Positions 27,997 through 39,445 of a DNA stretch of 64,000 nucleotides are shown here, one piece after another. The translations under genes were made by a program, and so were the position numbers. Origin of the DNA: Pseudomonadota bacterium. Lineage in GTDB: Bacteria > Pseudomonadota > Gammaproteobacteria > Burkholderiales > Burkholderiaceae_C. Positions within the stretch are counted from its first letter, which is position 1. Every line of letters begins with the position of its first letter. The notes beneath the pieces are model-generated. The model had not been told where the DNA came from. It saw only the letters and a list, made by a program, of their open reading frames with translations, and ran no database searches. The stretch is taken from the NCBI GenBank assembly GCA_021808445.1, contig JAKBBP010000009.1, forward strand, positions 10,277 to 74,276. Direction: 5' to 3'.

Positions 27997-30363
27997 TCAG
28001 AATTCAGTGGGGTCGACGTCGATCGCCCAACGCACGCCGCCCCGCAGTGCGTGCAAGGCCTCGCGCCAGCGCGCCAGGAAGGCGTGCAGCACCGCGCGGC
28101 GCGGGGCCTCCACGAGCAGTTGCAGGCGGTGGACACCCGCCAGCCGGGCCAGGCTGGCAGGCACCGGGGGATACACCGTGGGCGTGGGCGATCCCTCGGC
28201 TGCGAGCTCCGCAGCCAGCGCGGCCGCCTGCTCCGCGAACTCCTGCACGCGCTGCTCGCGCGCATGCTCGGCGCGCAGCAGGGCCTGGAAACTGAAGGGC
28301 GGCATTGCGGCACGCTTGCGTTCCAGCAGTTCGCGTTGCGCGAACCCCGCGTAGTCGTCCCGCTGCAGCGCCTGATACAGGGGATGCTCCGGATAGGCCG
28401 TCTGCACCAGCATCTCCGGCGCCAGCGTGGAGCCGGCTGCGCGCCCGGCGCGCCCGGCCGCCTGGACGAGTTGCGCGAACAGGCGCTCGGGCGCCCGCGG
28501 ATCGTGGCTGAACAGGCCGGCATCGGGGTTGAGCGCTGCAACCAGGCTGACGCGCTGGAAGTCATGGCCCTTGGTCACCATCTGGGTGCCCACCAGAATG
28601 TCCACTTCGCCGGCATGGACCTGCGCGAAGCCTGCTTCCGCCTGGCCCTTGCGCGAGGCGGTGTCGGCGTCGATGCGTGCGATGCGAGCCTGCGGGAACA
28701 GCGCCGCCAGCGCCTCCTGCACGCGCTGGGTCCCGCGGCCCAGGGGTTGCAGATCGAGACTGCCGCAATCGGGACAGGCGCGCGGCACGGCTTCGCGGTG
28801 TCCGCAGTGATGGCAGCGCAGGCTGCGGTCATTGCGGTGGTAGACCAGATGTGCATCGCAATGCGGGCAGTCGGACTTCCACCCGCAGTCGGGGCAGCAC
28901 ATCACCGGGGCGTAGCCGCGGCGGTTGAGAAACAGCAGGCTCTGCTCGCCCTGCTGCAGGCGCTGCGTGATGGCCTCGAACAGGATCTGCCCGATCGGCC
29001 CGCCGGCGCGCAGAAGAGGGTCATGGTGGCTGGGCAGCAGGCGTACGCGGGGCAGCACGCCGCTGGCGCGCTGCTGCATGCGCAACAGGCCGTAGCGCCC
29101 CTGGGCCGCGGCGTGCCAGGACTCCAGCGAAGGCGTGGCCGATCCCAGCAGCACGGGCACCCCGCTCTGGCGCGCACGCCAGACCGCGAGGTCGCGCGCG
29201 GAATACCGAGCCCCCTCCTGCTGCTTGTAGGAGGGGTCGTGCTCCTCGTCGACCACCACCAGCGCCAGTCCCGGCAGACTGGCCAGCACCGCCAGGCGGG
29301 TGCCCAGGACGATGCGGGCGCGCCCGTGGTGGGCGGCGGCCCAGTGGTCGAAGCGCTCGGCCTCGGCCAGGCCGCTGTGCAACAGGGCCAGACGCTCGCC
29401 GGGGAAGCGCTCGGCGAAGCGCCGCAGCAACTGGGGGGTCAGGTTGATTTCCGGCGTGAGGACCAGGGCCTGGGCGCGGGGGTCGCGCTCGAGCACGCGC
29501 TGCACCGCGCGCAGGTAGACCTCGGTCTTGCCGCTCCCCGTCACCCCGAACAGCAGCTGCGCGCCGAAACCCTGCTGCTGCGCCAGCACGCGCAGGGCCT
29601 GCTCCTGCTCGGCGTGCAGGCTGAGGGCCGCGCCGGCGGACTCGGCCGGGGAGGCCTGGGGGAGCCGTTCGACCAGCCAGCCCTTCAGCGCCCATTCGCG
29701 CAGCAAGGTCGCGCCGCGTGGATGCAGGCGACGCGCCCCGGCCTCGTCGAGCATGCGCACCCCAGGCTCTGGGCTCTCGGACTGCGCTTGCCCCTCGGCA
29801 CTGCCGGGAGCCTGCCCGGGCGATGGCCCCACCTCGCCCCTCGGCGCGGGCAGCCCCAGCGCCTCGGCCAGGCGCCACAGCGCCGTGCTGCGCCGGCCCA
29901 GGCTGCGCGGCAACTGCTCCCGGCCCGCGGTGCTCAGCGCATAGCGCAGGCCCGCCCGGCTCGCGGCCTGCAGTCGGCGCTGCACGGCCTGGGCACCCTG
30001 TTCGCGCAACCAGCCTGGCAGCGCCGCGGCCATCAGTTCACCCAGCGGGCGCTGGTAGTAATCGGCGGCAAAACGCAGGAGCTCCCGCCAGTCCGCACCG
30101 AGCGGGGCCAGCGCATCGCAGGCCTCCCGCACGAGCTTCAAGCCGGCGGCATCTCCGGCGGCCAGGGGCTGCGCCTGAAGCACGATGCCGCAGACCAGCT
30201 GGCGCCCCAGGGGCACGCGGACCACGGTGCCGGGTGCGAGTTCGCGTTCCGACGCATAGTCCAGCGCGCCCCAGATCGGGGCATCGACCGCGACCTGCAC
30301 GCGCCAGGCGGCGGCCCCCTGCGGCGACTCCGGGAGAAGCCCCGCCGCCTGCGGGTTTACCAC
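27997..30363 (-). CDS. priA: Primosomal protein N' (replication restart helicase)
   Basis: GVTGSGKT, DEEHD, SATPS, Zn-binding CxxC pairs, GTQMVTKG, WAIDVDP; start uncertain (GTG 30363). Confidence 0.95.
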   Translation of the reverse strand: MVNPQAAGLLPESPQGAAAWRVQVAVDAPIWGALDYASERELAPGTVVRVPLGRQLVCGIVLQAQPLAAGDAAGLKLVREACDALAPLGADWRELLRFAADYYQRPLGELMAAALPGWLREQGAQAVQRRLQAASRAGLRYALSTAGREQLPRSLGRRSTALWRLAEALGLPAPRGEVGPSPGQAPGSAEGQAQSESPEPGVRMLDEAGARRLHPRGATLLREWALKGWLVERLPQASPAESAGAALSLHAEQEQALRVLAQQQGFGAQLLFGVTGSGKTEVYLRAVQRVLERDPRAQALVLTPEINLTPQLLRRFAERFPGERLALLHSGLAEAERFDHWAAAHHGRARIVLGTRLAVLASLPGLALVVVDEEHDPSYKQQEGARYSARDLAVWRARQSGVPVLLGSATPSLESWHAAAQGRYGLLRMQQRASGVLPRVRLLPSHHDPLLRAGGPIGQILFEAITQRLQQGEQSLLFLNRRGYAPVMCCPDCGWKSDCPHCDAHLVYHRNDRSLRCHHCGHREAVPRACPDCGSLDLQPLGRGTQRVQEALAALFPQARIARIDADTASRKGQAEAGFAQVHAGEVDILVGTQMVTKGHDFQRVSLVAALNPDAGLFSHDPRAPERLFAQLVQAAGRAGRAAGSTLAPEMLVQTAYPEHPLYQALQRDDYAGFAQRELLERKRAAMPPFSFQALLRAEHAREQRVQEFAEQAAALAAELAAEGSPTPTVYPPVPASLARLAGVHRLQLLVEAPRRAVLHAFLARWREALHALRGGVRWAIDVDPTEF

Positions 30364-30463
30364 GAGGAGCGCCCCGCTCCGACGGCCCCATGTGAGTGGC
30401 GACTCGCCTTGCAGGAGGCTTCGCAGCGTGCGGGCCCTGCGAAGATCAGGGGAATCCCCAATC

Positions 30464-30651
30464 TGTGGATAACTTTGTGCATAGAGCGAAGTCTGATCAT
30501 GTCGAGATCTGTGGATAACCGCAGGCACACATCATGTCGCTCCGCACAAATGAAGGAAAAATCCTTCTTGATCAATAAGTTGAATGACCCATCCTGAAGT
30601 AAGGTCTGGAATCTGGCGTCTATGTCCTAAAAACGGGCACGGTGTGTATAA
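30464..30651. promoter_or_regulatory. DnaA-box cluster with IHF-like site
   Basis: TGTGGATAA at 30464 and 30510, TGTGTATAA at 30643, near-match TGTGCATAG at 30476, ATCAAtaagTTG at 30571. Confidence 0.7.
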
Positions 30652-30715
30652 ATCGGTGCCTCAGGCTTGACAACAGGGCCAATTTGGGTCGCTACCGTCG
30701 CCTTCGCGCGTCGAT

Positions 30716-31813
30716 TCACGCTCCGGCCCGGTGCAGGCCGCGACTGTGCGAGTGCACGGTCTCCACGAGCACGCCCACATGCTCGGGCGGGGTGAACTGC
30801 GAAATGCCGTGCCCGAGGTTGAACACATGCCCGGCCGATTCGCCCGACGCGATCGGGCCGAAACTGTCCAGGACCGCGCGCACCTCGCGTTCGATGCGCT
30901 GCGGCGGCGCGAACAAGACCGCCGGGTCCAGATTGCCCTGCAGCGCCACGCGCTGGCCCACCAGCTCACGCGCCCGGGCCAGGTTGACGGTCCAGTCCAC
31001 CCCCAGCGCATCCGCGCCCGACTCGCTCATCTCCCGCAGCCAGGCTCCTCCCCCCTTGGTGAACAGGATCGCGGGGACACGGCTTCCCTCGTGCTCACGC
31101 CGCAGGGCGGCCAGCACCTGCCGGCTGTACTGCAACGAGAATTCCTGGAACGCGCCGTCCGCCAGGGCACCCCCCCAGGAATCGAACACCATCACGGCCT
31201 GCGCGCCGGCCTCGATCTGGGCGTTCAGATAGGCGGCCACCGCCTGCGCATTGATCCGCAGGATGTGGTGCATCAGGTCCGGGCGGGAGTACATCAGGGT
31301 CTTGGTCTGGCGCCAGTCGTCGCTGCCCTGGCCCTCCACCATGTAGCAGGCCAGGGTCCACGGGCTGCCGGCAAAGCCGATCAGGGGGACTCGCTGCACG
31401 CCGTCGCTCGTGAGTGCGCGGCGAATCTGCGCAACGGCGTCGAACACATAACGCAGGCGCTCGAGATCAGGCACCTGCAGGGCCCGGATCTGGGCCTCGG
31501 TGCGCAGCGCATGTTCGAAGCGCGGGCCTTCGCCGGCGGCGAAGCGCAGCCCAAGTCCCATCGCGTCGGGCACGGTGAGAATGTCGGAGAACAGGATCGC
31601 CGCATCCAGGCCCCAGCGCTCCAGGGGCTGCAGGGTCACCTCGGTGGCCAGCTCCGGGCTGGTGGCCAGCCCCAGGAAACTGCCGGCGCGAGAGCGTGTG
31701 GCGTTGTATTCGGGCAGGTAGCGCCCGGCCTGGCGCATCAACCATACAGGGGTGAATTCGGTGGGCTGGCGCAGCAGCGCCCGCAGGAAGGTGTCGTTCG
31801 CGATCGAGCTCAT
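30716..31813 (-). CDS. hemE: Uroporphyrinogen decarboxylase
   Basis: [32 protein letters not shown]. Confidence 0.97.
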   Translation of the reverse strand: MSSIANDTFLRALLRQPTEFTPVWLMRQAGRYLPEYNATRSRAGSFLGLATSPELATEVTLQPLERWGLDAAILFSDILTVPDAMGLGLRFAAGEGPRFEHALRTEAQIRALQVPDLERLRYVFDAVAQIRRALTSDGVQRVPLIGFAGSPWTLACYMVEGQGSDDWRQTKTLMYSRPDLMHHILRINAQAVAAYLNAQIEAGAQAVMVFDSWGGALADGAFQEFSLQYSRQVLAALRREHEGSRVPAILFTKGGGAWLREMSESGADALGVDWTVNLARARELVGQRVALQGNLDPAVLFAPPQRIEREVRAVLDSFGPIASGESAGHVFNLGHGISQFTPPEHVGVLVETVHSHSRGLHRAGA

Positions 31814-31858
31814 GGGGGTATTGTCGCAAAGCCCGCGTCTGGCGCGACCGCGACACTT

Positions 31859-31877
31859 TATGCAATCGGCTTGCATT
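31859..31877. promoter_or_regulatory. Zur-box-like palindrome
   Basis: tATGCAA-tcggc-TTGCATt abutting TATGAT (-10) upstream of metal ABC genes. Confidence 0.55.
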
Positions 31878-31948
31878 ATGATCGACGCTCCGCGCCCCGA
31901 AGCATCCCGAAGCGTCCCCACGCGCCCCCGACACCCCGCTCGCCCCGC

Positions 31949-32983
31949 ATGGCCGCCGCGCCTGCCCTCGATCCCGAAGCCGTTCCAGCCGTGCTGGCCC
32001 GGAGCCTGCATCTTGCGCGTGGGGCGCGCGAGGTGCTGTCCGGGCTCGAGTTGCGCATCGCGCCAGGCCAGGTGGTGGGCCTGTTCGGCAGCAACGGCGC
32101 GGGCAAGACGTCCCTGCTGCAGGCACTGGCCGGGCTGCTGCCCGTGCGCCACGGAGATCTGCGGCTGTTCGGCGGCACGCCGGCGCAGGCGCGGCGCAGC
32201 ATCGCTTACGTGGCGCAGGGTGTTCCCGACGGCGCCTACTCGCGCCTGCGGGCCTGCGATTTCGTGGCCAGCGCCTGGCAAGGCGAACGCTGGGGCCTGA
32301 GCCTGTCGCCCGCCCTGCGCGCGAGGCGCGCGAACGCGGTGTCCAGGGCCCTGGATGCGACGGCCGCCGCGCACCTGGCAGGGCGTGGCATGGACGAGCT
32401 CTCGGGCGGTGAGCGCCAGCGGGTATGCATCGCCCAGGCCCTGGTGAACCCGGTGCGCATGCTGCTGCTCGACGAGCCGCTGGCCAATCTCGACCCGCGA
32501 TCCCAGCGCAGCGTGCTCGACCTGGTGCGCGAGCTGCGCGACCGGCAGGGCCTGACCGTGCTGCTCAGCGCGCACGACGTCAACCCCCTGCTGGGCGTGA
32601 TGGACCGCGTGCTCTACCTGGCGGGCGGACGCGGGCGCCTGGGCAGCGTGGACGAAGTCATCGAACCCGTCGCGCTCAGTGCCCTGTACGGCCTTCCCAT
32701 GCGGGTGGCGCGCCACGACGGCTACCTGTTCATCCACCCGGCGCGCGGCTTCATGGCGGAGGAAGGGGGACATTGCCACCACGGCGACACCGGCACCGGG
32801 GACCCGCAGGGCCACGGCCACGAGCATCGCCACGAGCACCCGCACGAGCACCCGCACGAGCACCCGCACCAGCACTCGCCGGAGCCCCCGTCCGAACACC
32901 CGTCCGAGCACCGGCCCGAGCAGGAGTGCGAACACCTGCCCGCGCCATCGCAGCCGGGGCGCTCCAAGGGGAATGCGCCTTGA
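31949..32983 (+). CDS. Zn/Mn-type ABC ATPase with His-rich tail (ZnuC-like)
   Basis: [26 protein letters not shown]-terminal HCHH...[12 protein letters not shown]. Confidence 0.85.
   Translation: MAAAPALDPEAVPAVLARSLHLARGAREVLSGLELRIAPGQVVGLFGSNGAGKTSLLQALAGLLPVRHGDLRLFGGTPAQARRSIAYVAQGVPDGAYSRLRACDFVASAWQGERWGLSLSPALRARRANAVSRALDATAAAHLAGRGMDELSGGERQRVCIAQALVNPVRMLLLDEPLANLDPRSQRSVLDLVRELRDRQGLTVLLSAHDVNPLLGVMDRVLYLAGGRGRLGSVDEVIEPVALSALYGLPMRVARHDGYLFIHPARGFMAEEGGHCHHGDTGTGDPQGHGHEHRHEHPHEHPHEHPHQHSPEPPSEHPSEHRPEQECEHLPAPSQPGRSKGNAP
32819..32878 (+). repeat. Five 12-bp tandem units encoding HEHP-like repeats
   Basis: CACGAGCACCCG x3 perfect plus two degenerate flanking units. Confidence 0.9.
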
Positions 32984-33789
32984 TCCTCGGGCTCGACTAT
33001 GCCTTCATGCGCCAGGCCCTGCTGGCCTCCGGCAGCATCGGCGCGGCGGCGGCCGCCGTGGGCTATTTCGTCACGCTGCGGCGCCAGACCTTCGCCGCCC
33101 ACGCGCTGTCGCATATCGGCTTCGCCGGCGCCGCCGGTGCCATCGTGCTCGGCCTGAGTCCCTACCTGGGCTTGTTCAGCTTCACGCTGGCGGCCGGCGT
33201 GGCGCTGGCCCTGGCCGGCAGGCGCCTGCGCCAGCGCGACGTGGGCATCGGCATGGTGCTGATGTTCGCGCTGGGCCTGGGGGTGCTGTTCCTCAGCCTG
33301 TATACGCGCAACGCGCAATCGGCCATGAGCATTCTCTTTGGCAGCATCGTGGGCATCAGCTCCGGCCAGGCGCGCCTGTCCCTGCTGGTGGCGGCCGGGG
33401 CGCTGCTCGGCCTGGCGCTGGTGTACCGGCCCCTGTGCCTGGCCAGCCTGAACCCCGACATGGCGCGCACCCGCGGCGTGCCGGTGAACCTGCTCGACCT
33501 GCTGTTCGCGCTGCTGCTGGCGGCCACCGTGGCGGTGGCCGTGCCGGTGATCGGCGCGCTGCTGATCTTCGCCTTCCTGGTCGGACCGCCCGCCGCGGCC
33601 CAGGCGTTGACCCGCCGGCTGGGCGCCGGCGTGCTGCTGTCCATGCTGCTCGGCCTGGGCATCGCCTGGACGGGCCTGGAAGCCTCCTACGCCATCGGCT
33701 GGCCCGCCAGCACATGGATCGCCGCGCTCAGCTTCGCGCTGTACCTGGGGGCGCAGGCCTGGCGCGCATGGCGCGAGAACGCCCGTTGA
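32980..33789 (+). CDS. Zn/Mn-type ABC permease (ZnuB-like)
   Basis: [36 protein letters not shown] overlaps ATPase stop. Confidence 0.88.
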   Translation: MILGLDYAFMRQALLASGSIGAAAAAVGYFVTLRRQTFAAHALSHIGFAGAAGAIVLGLSPYLGLFSFTLAAGVALALAGRRLRQRDVGIGMVLMFALGLGVLFLSLYTRNAQSAMSILFGSIVGISSGQARLSLLVAAGALLGLALVYRPLCLASLNPDMARTRGVPVNLLDLLFALLLAATVAVAVPVIGALLIFAFLVGPPAAAQALTRRLGAGVLLSMLLGLGIAWTGLEASYAIGWPASTWIAALSFALYLGAQAWRAWRENAR

Positions 33790-33968
33790 TGCGACGCAGC
33801 ATGCCCAGCGCGTTCCCGATGCTGCATGCGCAGTCTGGTGTCTAATATCGGACTGGAACGTTCCGTGGCGGGACTACCGTCGACCCGACACGGCGGCGCC
33901 GCGCCGGCGCCCCTTGGGACACGATCTGTCCCGACCATACCTAAGAGATCGAAACCCTGGAGATTCGC

Positions 33969-35555
33969 ATGCAGCACCCCCAACTGCCGGCGGGCGTGAC
34001 CATCACGGCACCGCACAACCCTGAATTCGATTCCGTGCTCAGCGCCGAGGCGCTGGGCTTCGTCGCCACGCTGCACCGAACATTCGAGGCTCGGCGCCAG
34101 CAACTGCTGGCCGCGCGCGTCGAGCGCGCCAAGCGACTGGACGCCGGCGAGCGCCCCGACTTCCTGGCCGAGACCCGCTCGGTGCGCGAAGGCGACTGGC
34201 GCATCGCGCCGGTGCCGCCCGCGCTGCAGACCCGCCGCGTGGAAATCACCGGCCCGGTCGACCGCAAGATGATCATCAACGCCTTCAACTCCGGGGCCGA
34301 CAGCTACATGGCGGACTTCGAGGACGCCAACACCCCGAACTGGGACAACCAGGTCCGCGGCCAGCTCAACCTGTCGCAGGCCGTGCGCCGCGAGATCTCG
34401 CTGGAGCAGAACGGCAAGACCTACCGTCTGGCCGACAAGATCGCCGTGCTGCAGGTGCGCCCACGCGGCTGGCACCTGGACGAGAAGCATGTGCTGGTCG
34501 ACGGCCAGCGCGTCAGCGGCGGCCTGTTCGATTTCGGCCTGTTCCTGTTCCACAACGCCCGCGAACAACTCGCGCGCGGCGCGGGCCCGTACTTCTACCT
34601 GCCCAAGATGGAAAGCCATCTGGAAGCGCGCCTGTGGAACGACGTGTTCGTGGCCGCGCAGGATGCGCTGGGCCTGCCGCGGGGCACCATCAAGGCCACC
34701 GTGCTGGTGGAAACCATCACCGCGGCCTTCGAAATGGACGAGATCCTGTACGAACTGCGCGAGCACAGCGCCGGACTGAACGCCGGGCGCTGGGACTACA
34801 TCTTCAGCGCCATCAAGAAGTTCAAGAGCAATCGCGACTTCTGCCTCGCGGACCGCGCGCTGATCACCATGACCGCGCCGTTCATGCGCGCCTATGCGCT
34901 GCTGCTGCTCAAGACCTGCCACCATCGCGGTGCGCCCGCCATCGGGGGCATGAGCGCGCTGATCCCGATCAAGAACGATCCGGAGAAGAACGCCAAGGCC
35001 ATGGAGGGCATCCGCGCCGACAAGCGCCGCGATGCCACCGACGGCTACGACGGGGGCTGGGTGGCGCACCCGGGGCTGGTGGGCCCGGCCATGGAAGAGT
35101 TCGTCGCCGTGCTGGGCGACAAACCCAACCAGTTCTCCAAGACCCGCGAGGACGTGAAGGTCAGCGCCGCCGACCTGCTGGATTTCCGTCCCGAATCGCC
35201 GATCACCGAAGCGGGCCTGCGCAACAACGTCAACGTGGGCATCCACTATCTTGGCGCCTGGCTCGCCGGCAGCGGCGCGGTGCCCATCCACAACCTGATG
35301 GAAGACGCCGCCACGGCCGAGATCTCGCGCAGCCAGGTCTGGCAATGGATCCACAGCCCCAAGGGCGTGCTGGACGACGGCCGCAAGGTGAGCGCGGACA
35401 TGGTGCGCGCCCTCATCCCCGAGGAACTGGCGAAGGTCAAGGCCACCGGCGCCGAGGGCCACTTCGACAAGGCCGCGCGCATTTTCGAGCACATGGCCAC
35501 GTCGAAGGACTTTGTCGAATTCCTGACCCTTCCGCTGTACGAGGAACTCGGCTGA
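33969..35555 (+). CDS. aceB: Malate synthase A
   Basis: RRVEITGP, YMADFED, VRPRGWH, YFYLPK, LNAGRWDYIFS, MEDAATAEISR. Confidence 0.97.
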   Translation: MQHPQLPAGVTITAPHNPEFDSVLSAEALGFVATLHRTFEARRQQLLAARVERAKRLDAGERPDFLAETRSVREGDWRIAPVPPALQTRRVEITGPVDRKMIINAFNSGADSYMADFEDANTPNWDNQVRGQLNLSQAVRREISLEQNGKTYRLADKIAVLQVRPRGWHLDEKHVLVDGQRVSGGLFDFGLFLFHNAREQLARGAGPYFYLPKMESHLEARLWNDVFVAAQDALGLPRGTIKATVLVETITAAFEMDEILYELREHSAGLNAGRWDYIFSAIKKFKSNRDFCLADRALITMTAPFMRAYALLLLKTCHHRGAPAIGGMSALIPIKNDPEKNAKAMEGIRADKRRDATDGYDGGWVAHPGLVGPAMEEFVAVLGDKPNQFSKTREDVKVSAADLLDFRPESPITEAGLRNNVNVGIHYLGAWLAGSGAVPIHNLMEDAATAEISRSQVWQWIHSPKGVLDDGRKVSADMVRALIPEELAKVKATGAEGHFDKAARIFEHMATSKDFVEFLTLPLYEELG

Positions 35556-35573
35556 TTCGCCGCGCTGCTCGGG

Positions 35574-35599
35574 AAAGCCGCCCGCAGGGCGGCTTTTTT
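35574..35599 (+). terminator. Intrinsic terminator after aceB
   Basis: AAAGCCGCCC-gca-GGGCGGCTTT then TTT. Confidence 0.9.
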
Positions 35600-35735
35600 C
35601 CGCCTCCCGCGCACGCACGGCGGATCCTGCGAAGCGCGTGAGGGCGTCCAGAAGCAGGTCCGTTTCCGGCCAGCCCCCGGGGCCGGCACGCACTACAGTG
35701 CGGCTTCCAACAACGAAGCCGTCCCGATTCGCACC

Positions 35736-36611
35736 ATGGCGCTCCTCGAACTCCTGCTGCTCGCCGCCATCTGGGGTGGCTCCTTCCTGTTCCTGCGCCT
35801 GTGCGCGCCGGTGCTCGGCGCGCTGCCTCTGATCGAGCTTCGCGTGGGCATCGCCGCGCTGGTCCTCCTGCCCGTGCTGCGCAGCCCGCGCAGGCGCGAG
35901 CAACTGCGGCGCCACTGGCGGGCGCTGGCCATCGTGGGCCTGAGCAACTCGGCCCTGCCCTTTTCCTTGTTCGCAGCCGGCGCCGTGCACCTGGGCGCGG
36001 GCTACGAGTCCATCCTCAACGCCACCACCCCCCTGTGGGCAGCCCTGCTGGGAGCGCTGGCCTTCGCGGCTGCCGTGTCGCGCGCGCAAATGCTCGGGCT
36101 GGCGATCGGCCTGGGCGGCGTGGTGCTGCTGGTCGCAGGCCAGGCCGACACGGGTCCCCCGGGCTCCCTGTTCACCGCTGGTTTCGTGTTGCTGGCCCCT
36201 GTGTCCTACGGCTTCGCTGCGCAATACGCCCGGCGCCACCTGAGCCAGGTGGACCCGGTGCTGATCGCCTTCGCCAGCCAGGGCTTCGCCTCGCTGATGC
36301 TGGCCCTGCCCGCGGCGGCGCTGTGGCCCAGCGCTCCCGTGCCGCCAGCCATCTGGATCTACGTGCTGGCGCTGGGCGTGCTGTGCACCGCGGTGGCCTA
36401 TGCCTTGTACTTTCGCCTGCTGGTGCAGGTGGGCGCGGCCTACGCGGCCTCGGTGACCTTCCTCATCCCGGTATTCGGCATGCTGTGGGGCCGTCTGTTC
36501 CTGCATGAAGCGATTACCCTGGCGATGCTGCTGGGCTGCGCCACCATCCTGGCTGGTACCGCGCTGGCGGGCGGCCAGTGGCAGCGCCTGCTGCGGCGCC
36601 GCCCGGCCTGA
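35736..36611 (+). CDS. EamA/DMT family transporter
   Basis: IWGGSFLF, NSALPFSLF, NATTPLW, TFLIPVFG. Confidence 0.9.
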   Translation: MALLELLLLAAIWGGSFLFLRLCAPVLGALPLIELRVGIAALVLLPVLRSPRRREQLRRHWRALAIVGLSNSALPFSLFAAGAVHLGAGYESILNATTPLWAALLGALAFAAAVSRAQMLGLAIGLGGVVLLVAGQADTGPPGSLFTAGFVLLAPVSYGFAAQYARRHLSQVDPVLIAFASQGFASLMLALPAAALWPSAPVPPAIWIYVLALGVLCTAVAYALYFRLLVQVGAAYAASVTFLIPVFGMLWGRLFLHEAITLAMLLGCATILAGTALAGGQWQRLLRRRPA

Positions 36612-36658
36612 TCGCAGTCACGCCGGCGCCGCGCTGCGGCCTGCCGGACGCGCGCCGC

Positions 36659-38008
36659 TCAGCGCAGCAGGCTGGGCCGCCTGGGATCGAAGCGCCAGCC
36701 CGGAATCAGGAACTGCATGGCCGCGGCGTCGTCGCGAACCCCTTCGCCCAGGCGCAGGTAGGCCTCGTGGGCGCCTTGCAGCTCGGTCTCGTCCATCTGC
36801 ACACCCAGCCCCGGTCCCACGGGCACGCGAATGCGACCATCCTCGATGCGCGGGGGCTCGAGGGTCAGGCGCTGTCCGTCCTGCCAGATCCAGTGCGTGT
36901 CGATGGCGGTGACCCGCCCGGGCGCCGCCGCGGCCACGTGGGTGAACATGGCCAGCGAGATGTCGAAATGATTGTTGGAGTGCGAACCCCAGGTGAGCCC
37001 GAACATGTCGCAGAGCTGGGCCACGCGCACCGAGCCCTGCAGGGTCCAGAAATGGGGATCCGCCAGGGGAATGTCCACCGATTGCAACTGGATGGAATGG
37101 GCCATCTGGCGCCAGTCGGTGGCCACCATGTTGGTGGCCGTGGGCAGGCCGGTGGCACGACGGAACTCCGCCATCACCTCGCGCCCCGAGTAGCCGTTCT
37201 CGGCCCCGCAGGGGTCCTCGGCGTAGGCCAGCACCTCCCGGCGGTCGCGGCACAGCCGGACCGCCTGCGCCAGCGACCAGGCTCCGTTGGGATCGAGGGT
37301 GACGCGCGCCTCGGGAAAGCGCTCGTGCAGCGCCACCGCCGCCTCCATCTCGGCGGCGCCGTCGAATACGCCGCCCTTGAGCTTGAAGTCCCGGAACCCG
37401 TAGCGAGCCTGCGCGGCTTCGGCCAGGCGCACCACGGCCTGTGCGTCCAGCGCAGGCTCGTTGCGCAGGCGCAGCCAGTCGTCCTCGGCATCGGGCTCGG
37501 CACGGTAGTCCAGCGGGGTGCGCGCGCGCTCCCCCACGAAGAACAGGTAACCCAGCACGTCCACCGCTTCGCGTTGCTGCCCGTCGCCGAGCAACGCGGC
37601 CACAGGCACCCGCAGGAACTGGCCCAGCAGGTCCAGTAGCGCCGACTCTACCCCCGTGACGGCGTGGATGGCCACGCGCAGGTCGAAGGTCTGTGCTCCC
37701 CTGCCACCATGGTCGCGCCCCGCAAAGGCGACGCGCATGGCCTGCAGCATCGTGGCGTACTCGCCGATCGGTCGCCCCAGCAGGATGGATCGCGCATCCT
37801 CCAGCGTGCGCCGGATGGGCTCCCCACCCGGCACCTCGCCCAGCCCGGTGCGCCCGGAGTCGTCGCGCAGCAGCACCACGTTGCGGGTGAACCATGGAGC
37901 GTGCGCACCGCTGAGATTGAGCAACATGCTGTCGCGTCCCGCGACGGGCACGACCCGCAATTCGGTCAGCACGGGGGTGCGGGAGGGCGTGGCGGATGCA
38001 GCAGGCAT
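36659..38008 (-). CDS. gudD: Glucarate dehydratase
   Basis: [39 protein letters not shown]. Confidence 0.9.
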   Translation of the reverse strand: MPAASATPSRTPVLTELRVVPVAGRDSMLLNLSGAHAPWFTRNVVLLRDDSGRTGLGEVPGGEPIRRTLEDARSILLGRPIGEYATMLQAMRVAFAGRDHGGRGAQTFDLRVAIHAVTGVESALLDLLGQFLRVPVAALLGDGQQREAVDVLGYLFFVGERARTPLDYRAEPDAEDDWLRLRNEPALDAQAVVRLAEAAQARYGFRDFKLKGGVFDGAAEMEAAVALHERFPEARVTLDPNGAWSLAQAVRLCRDRREVLAYAEDPCGAENGYSGREVMAEFRRATGLPTATNMVATDWRQMAHSIQLQSVDIPLADPHFWTLQGSVRVAQLCDMFGLTWGSHSNNHFDISLAMFTHVAAAAPGRVTAIDTHWIWQDGQRLTLEPPRIEDGRIRVPVGPGLGVQMDETELQGAHEAYLRLGEGVRDDAAAMQFLIPGWRFDPRRPSLLR

Positions 38009-38046
38009 GGCTTCAGGATCGTGGAAAAGCGGGAGGATGGAAGGGC

Positions 38047-39381
38047 TCAGCGCAGCATGGCGGGACGCTTGCGGTCGAAGGTCCAGCCGGGAAGGAGTTG
38101 GCGCATGGCCGCGGCGTCGTCGCGCCCGCCTGCCGGCAGGCTGCGGTACAGCTGGTGGGCCTGCTCGACGCGCTGCATGTCCAGCTCGACGCCCAGGCCC
38201 GGACGCCGCGGCACCTGGATGCGCCCACCCTCGATGCGCAGGGGCTCGCGGGTCAGCGCCTGGCCCTCCTGCCAGATCCAGTGGGTGTCGATGGCCGTGG
38301 GCCGCCCCGGAACCGCGGCGCCCACATGCGTGAACATGGCCAGCGAGACGTCGAAGTGGTTGTTGGAATGGCAGCCCCAGGTCAGGCCCCAATCATCGCA
38401 GAGCTCGGCCACCCGCACGGCACCCGACAAGGTCCAGAAATGGGGATCGGCCAGCGGGATGTCCACCGCGTCGAGCATCGAGGCGTGGCGCAGCTCGCGC
38501 CAGTTGGTGGCCACCATGTTGGTGGCCACCGGCAGGCCGGTGGCGCGACGGAACTCGGCCATCACCTCCCGACCGCTGTAGCCTTCCTCGGCGCCGCAGG
38601 GGTCTTCCGCATAGGCGAGCACGCCGCGCAAGGGTCGGCAAAGCTCCACGGCCTCGCGCAGCGACCATGCGCCGTTGGGGTCGATGGTCACGCGGGCCTC
38701 GGGAAAACGCCGCGCCAGCTCGGCCACCGCGGCGATTTCCTCGGGTCCGGCCAGCACGCCGCCCTTGAGCTTGAAATCCCGGAACCCATACAGGTCCTGA
38801 GCGGCTTCGGCCAGTCGCAGCACCGAGCGGCCGTCCATGGCCGGCTCGCGACGCAGGCGGTACCAGTCATGCCCCTGGCTCGCAGCGCCTTCGTAGGGCA
38901 GGTCGGTGCGCCGCGCATCGCCGACGAAGAACAGGTAGCCCAGCACCGTCACGTGCTCGCGCTGCTGCCCCGGGCCGAGCAACTCGGCCACCGGCACGCC
39001 CAGGCACTGCCCGAGCAGGTCGAGCAGTGCGGCCTCCAGCGCCGCCACCGCATTGACCCGCAGCTCGAAGGTCCAGGCGCCGCGGCCGAAGGATTCGAAG
39101 TCCGCAGCCTGATGGTCGGCACGAAACGCCGACACCAGGCTGCGCATGCGCGCGACCGGCTGCCCCAGCACCTGCGCGCCAGCGGCCTCCAGCGCCTGGC
39201 GGATCAGCTCGCCGCCGGGAGCCTCGCCCACGCCCTGGTGCCCGGCATCATCCTCCAGCAGCACCAGGTTGCGGGTGAAGCAGGGCGCATGCGCGCCACC
39301 GATGTTGAGCAGCATGCTGTCGTACCCGGCGACCGGGATGACACGCATGCGCACAAGCAGGGGACCTGAGGAAAGGGACAT
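38047..39381 (-). CDS. gudX: Glucarate dehydratase-related protein
   Basis: [21 protein letters not shown]; paralogue directly upstream of gudD. Confidence 0.8.
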   Translation of the reverse strand: MSLSSGPLLVRMRVIPVAGYDSMLLNIGGAHAPCFTRNLVLLEDDAGHQGVGEAPGGELIRQALEAAGAQVLGQPVARMRSLVSAFRADHQAADFESFGRGAWTFELRVNAVAALEAALLDLLGQCLGVPVAELLGPGQQREHVTVLGYLFFVGDARRTDLPYEGAASQGHDWYRLRREPAMDGRSVLRLAEAAQDLYGFRDFKLKGGVLAGPEEIAAVAELARRFPEARVTIDPNGAWSLREAVELCRPLRGVLAYAEDPCGAEEGYSGREVMAEFRRATGLPVATNMVATNWRELRHASMLDAVDIPLADPHFWTLSGAVRVAELCDDWGLTWGCHSNNHFDVSLAMFTHVGAAVPGRPTAIDTHWIWQEGQALTREPLRIEGGRIQVPRRPGLGVELDMQRVEQAHQLYRSLPAGGRDDAAAMRQLLPGWTFDRKRPAMLR

Positions 39382-39445
39382 GGAACGAGGCTGGACGGGG
39401 ACCGGCGACGCTGCGCTCGCCTGGCGGATGACCTGCCTGCATTCT

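Noticed and set aside
30464-30651. Firm call as oriC
   Set aside because: No dnaA/dnaN/gidA in the window, gene orientation converges on the site, and skew cannot be computed; kept only as a DnaA-box cluster.
36659-39381. Recent gene duplication or assembly repeat
   Set aside because: The two proteins differ throughout and carry distinct GudD-like and GudX-like N-terminal motifs.
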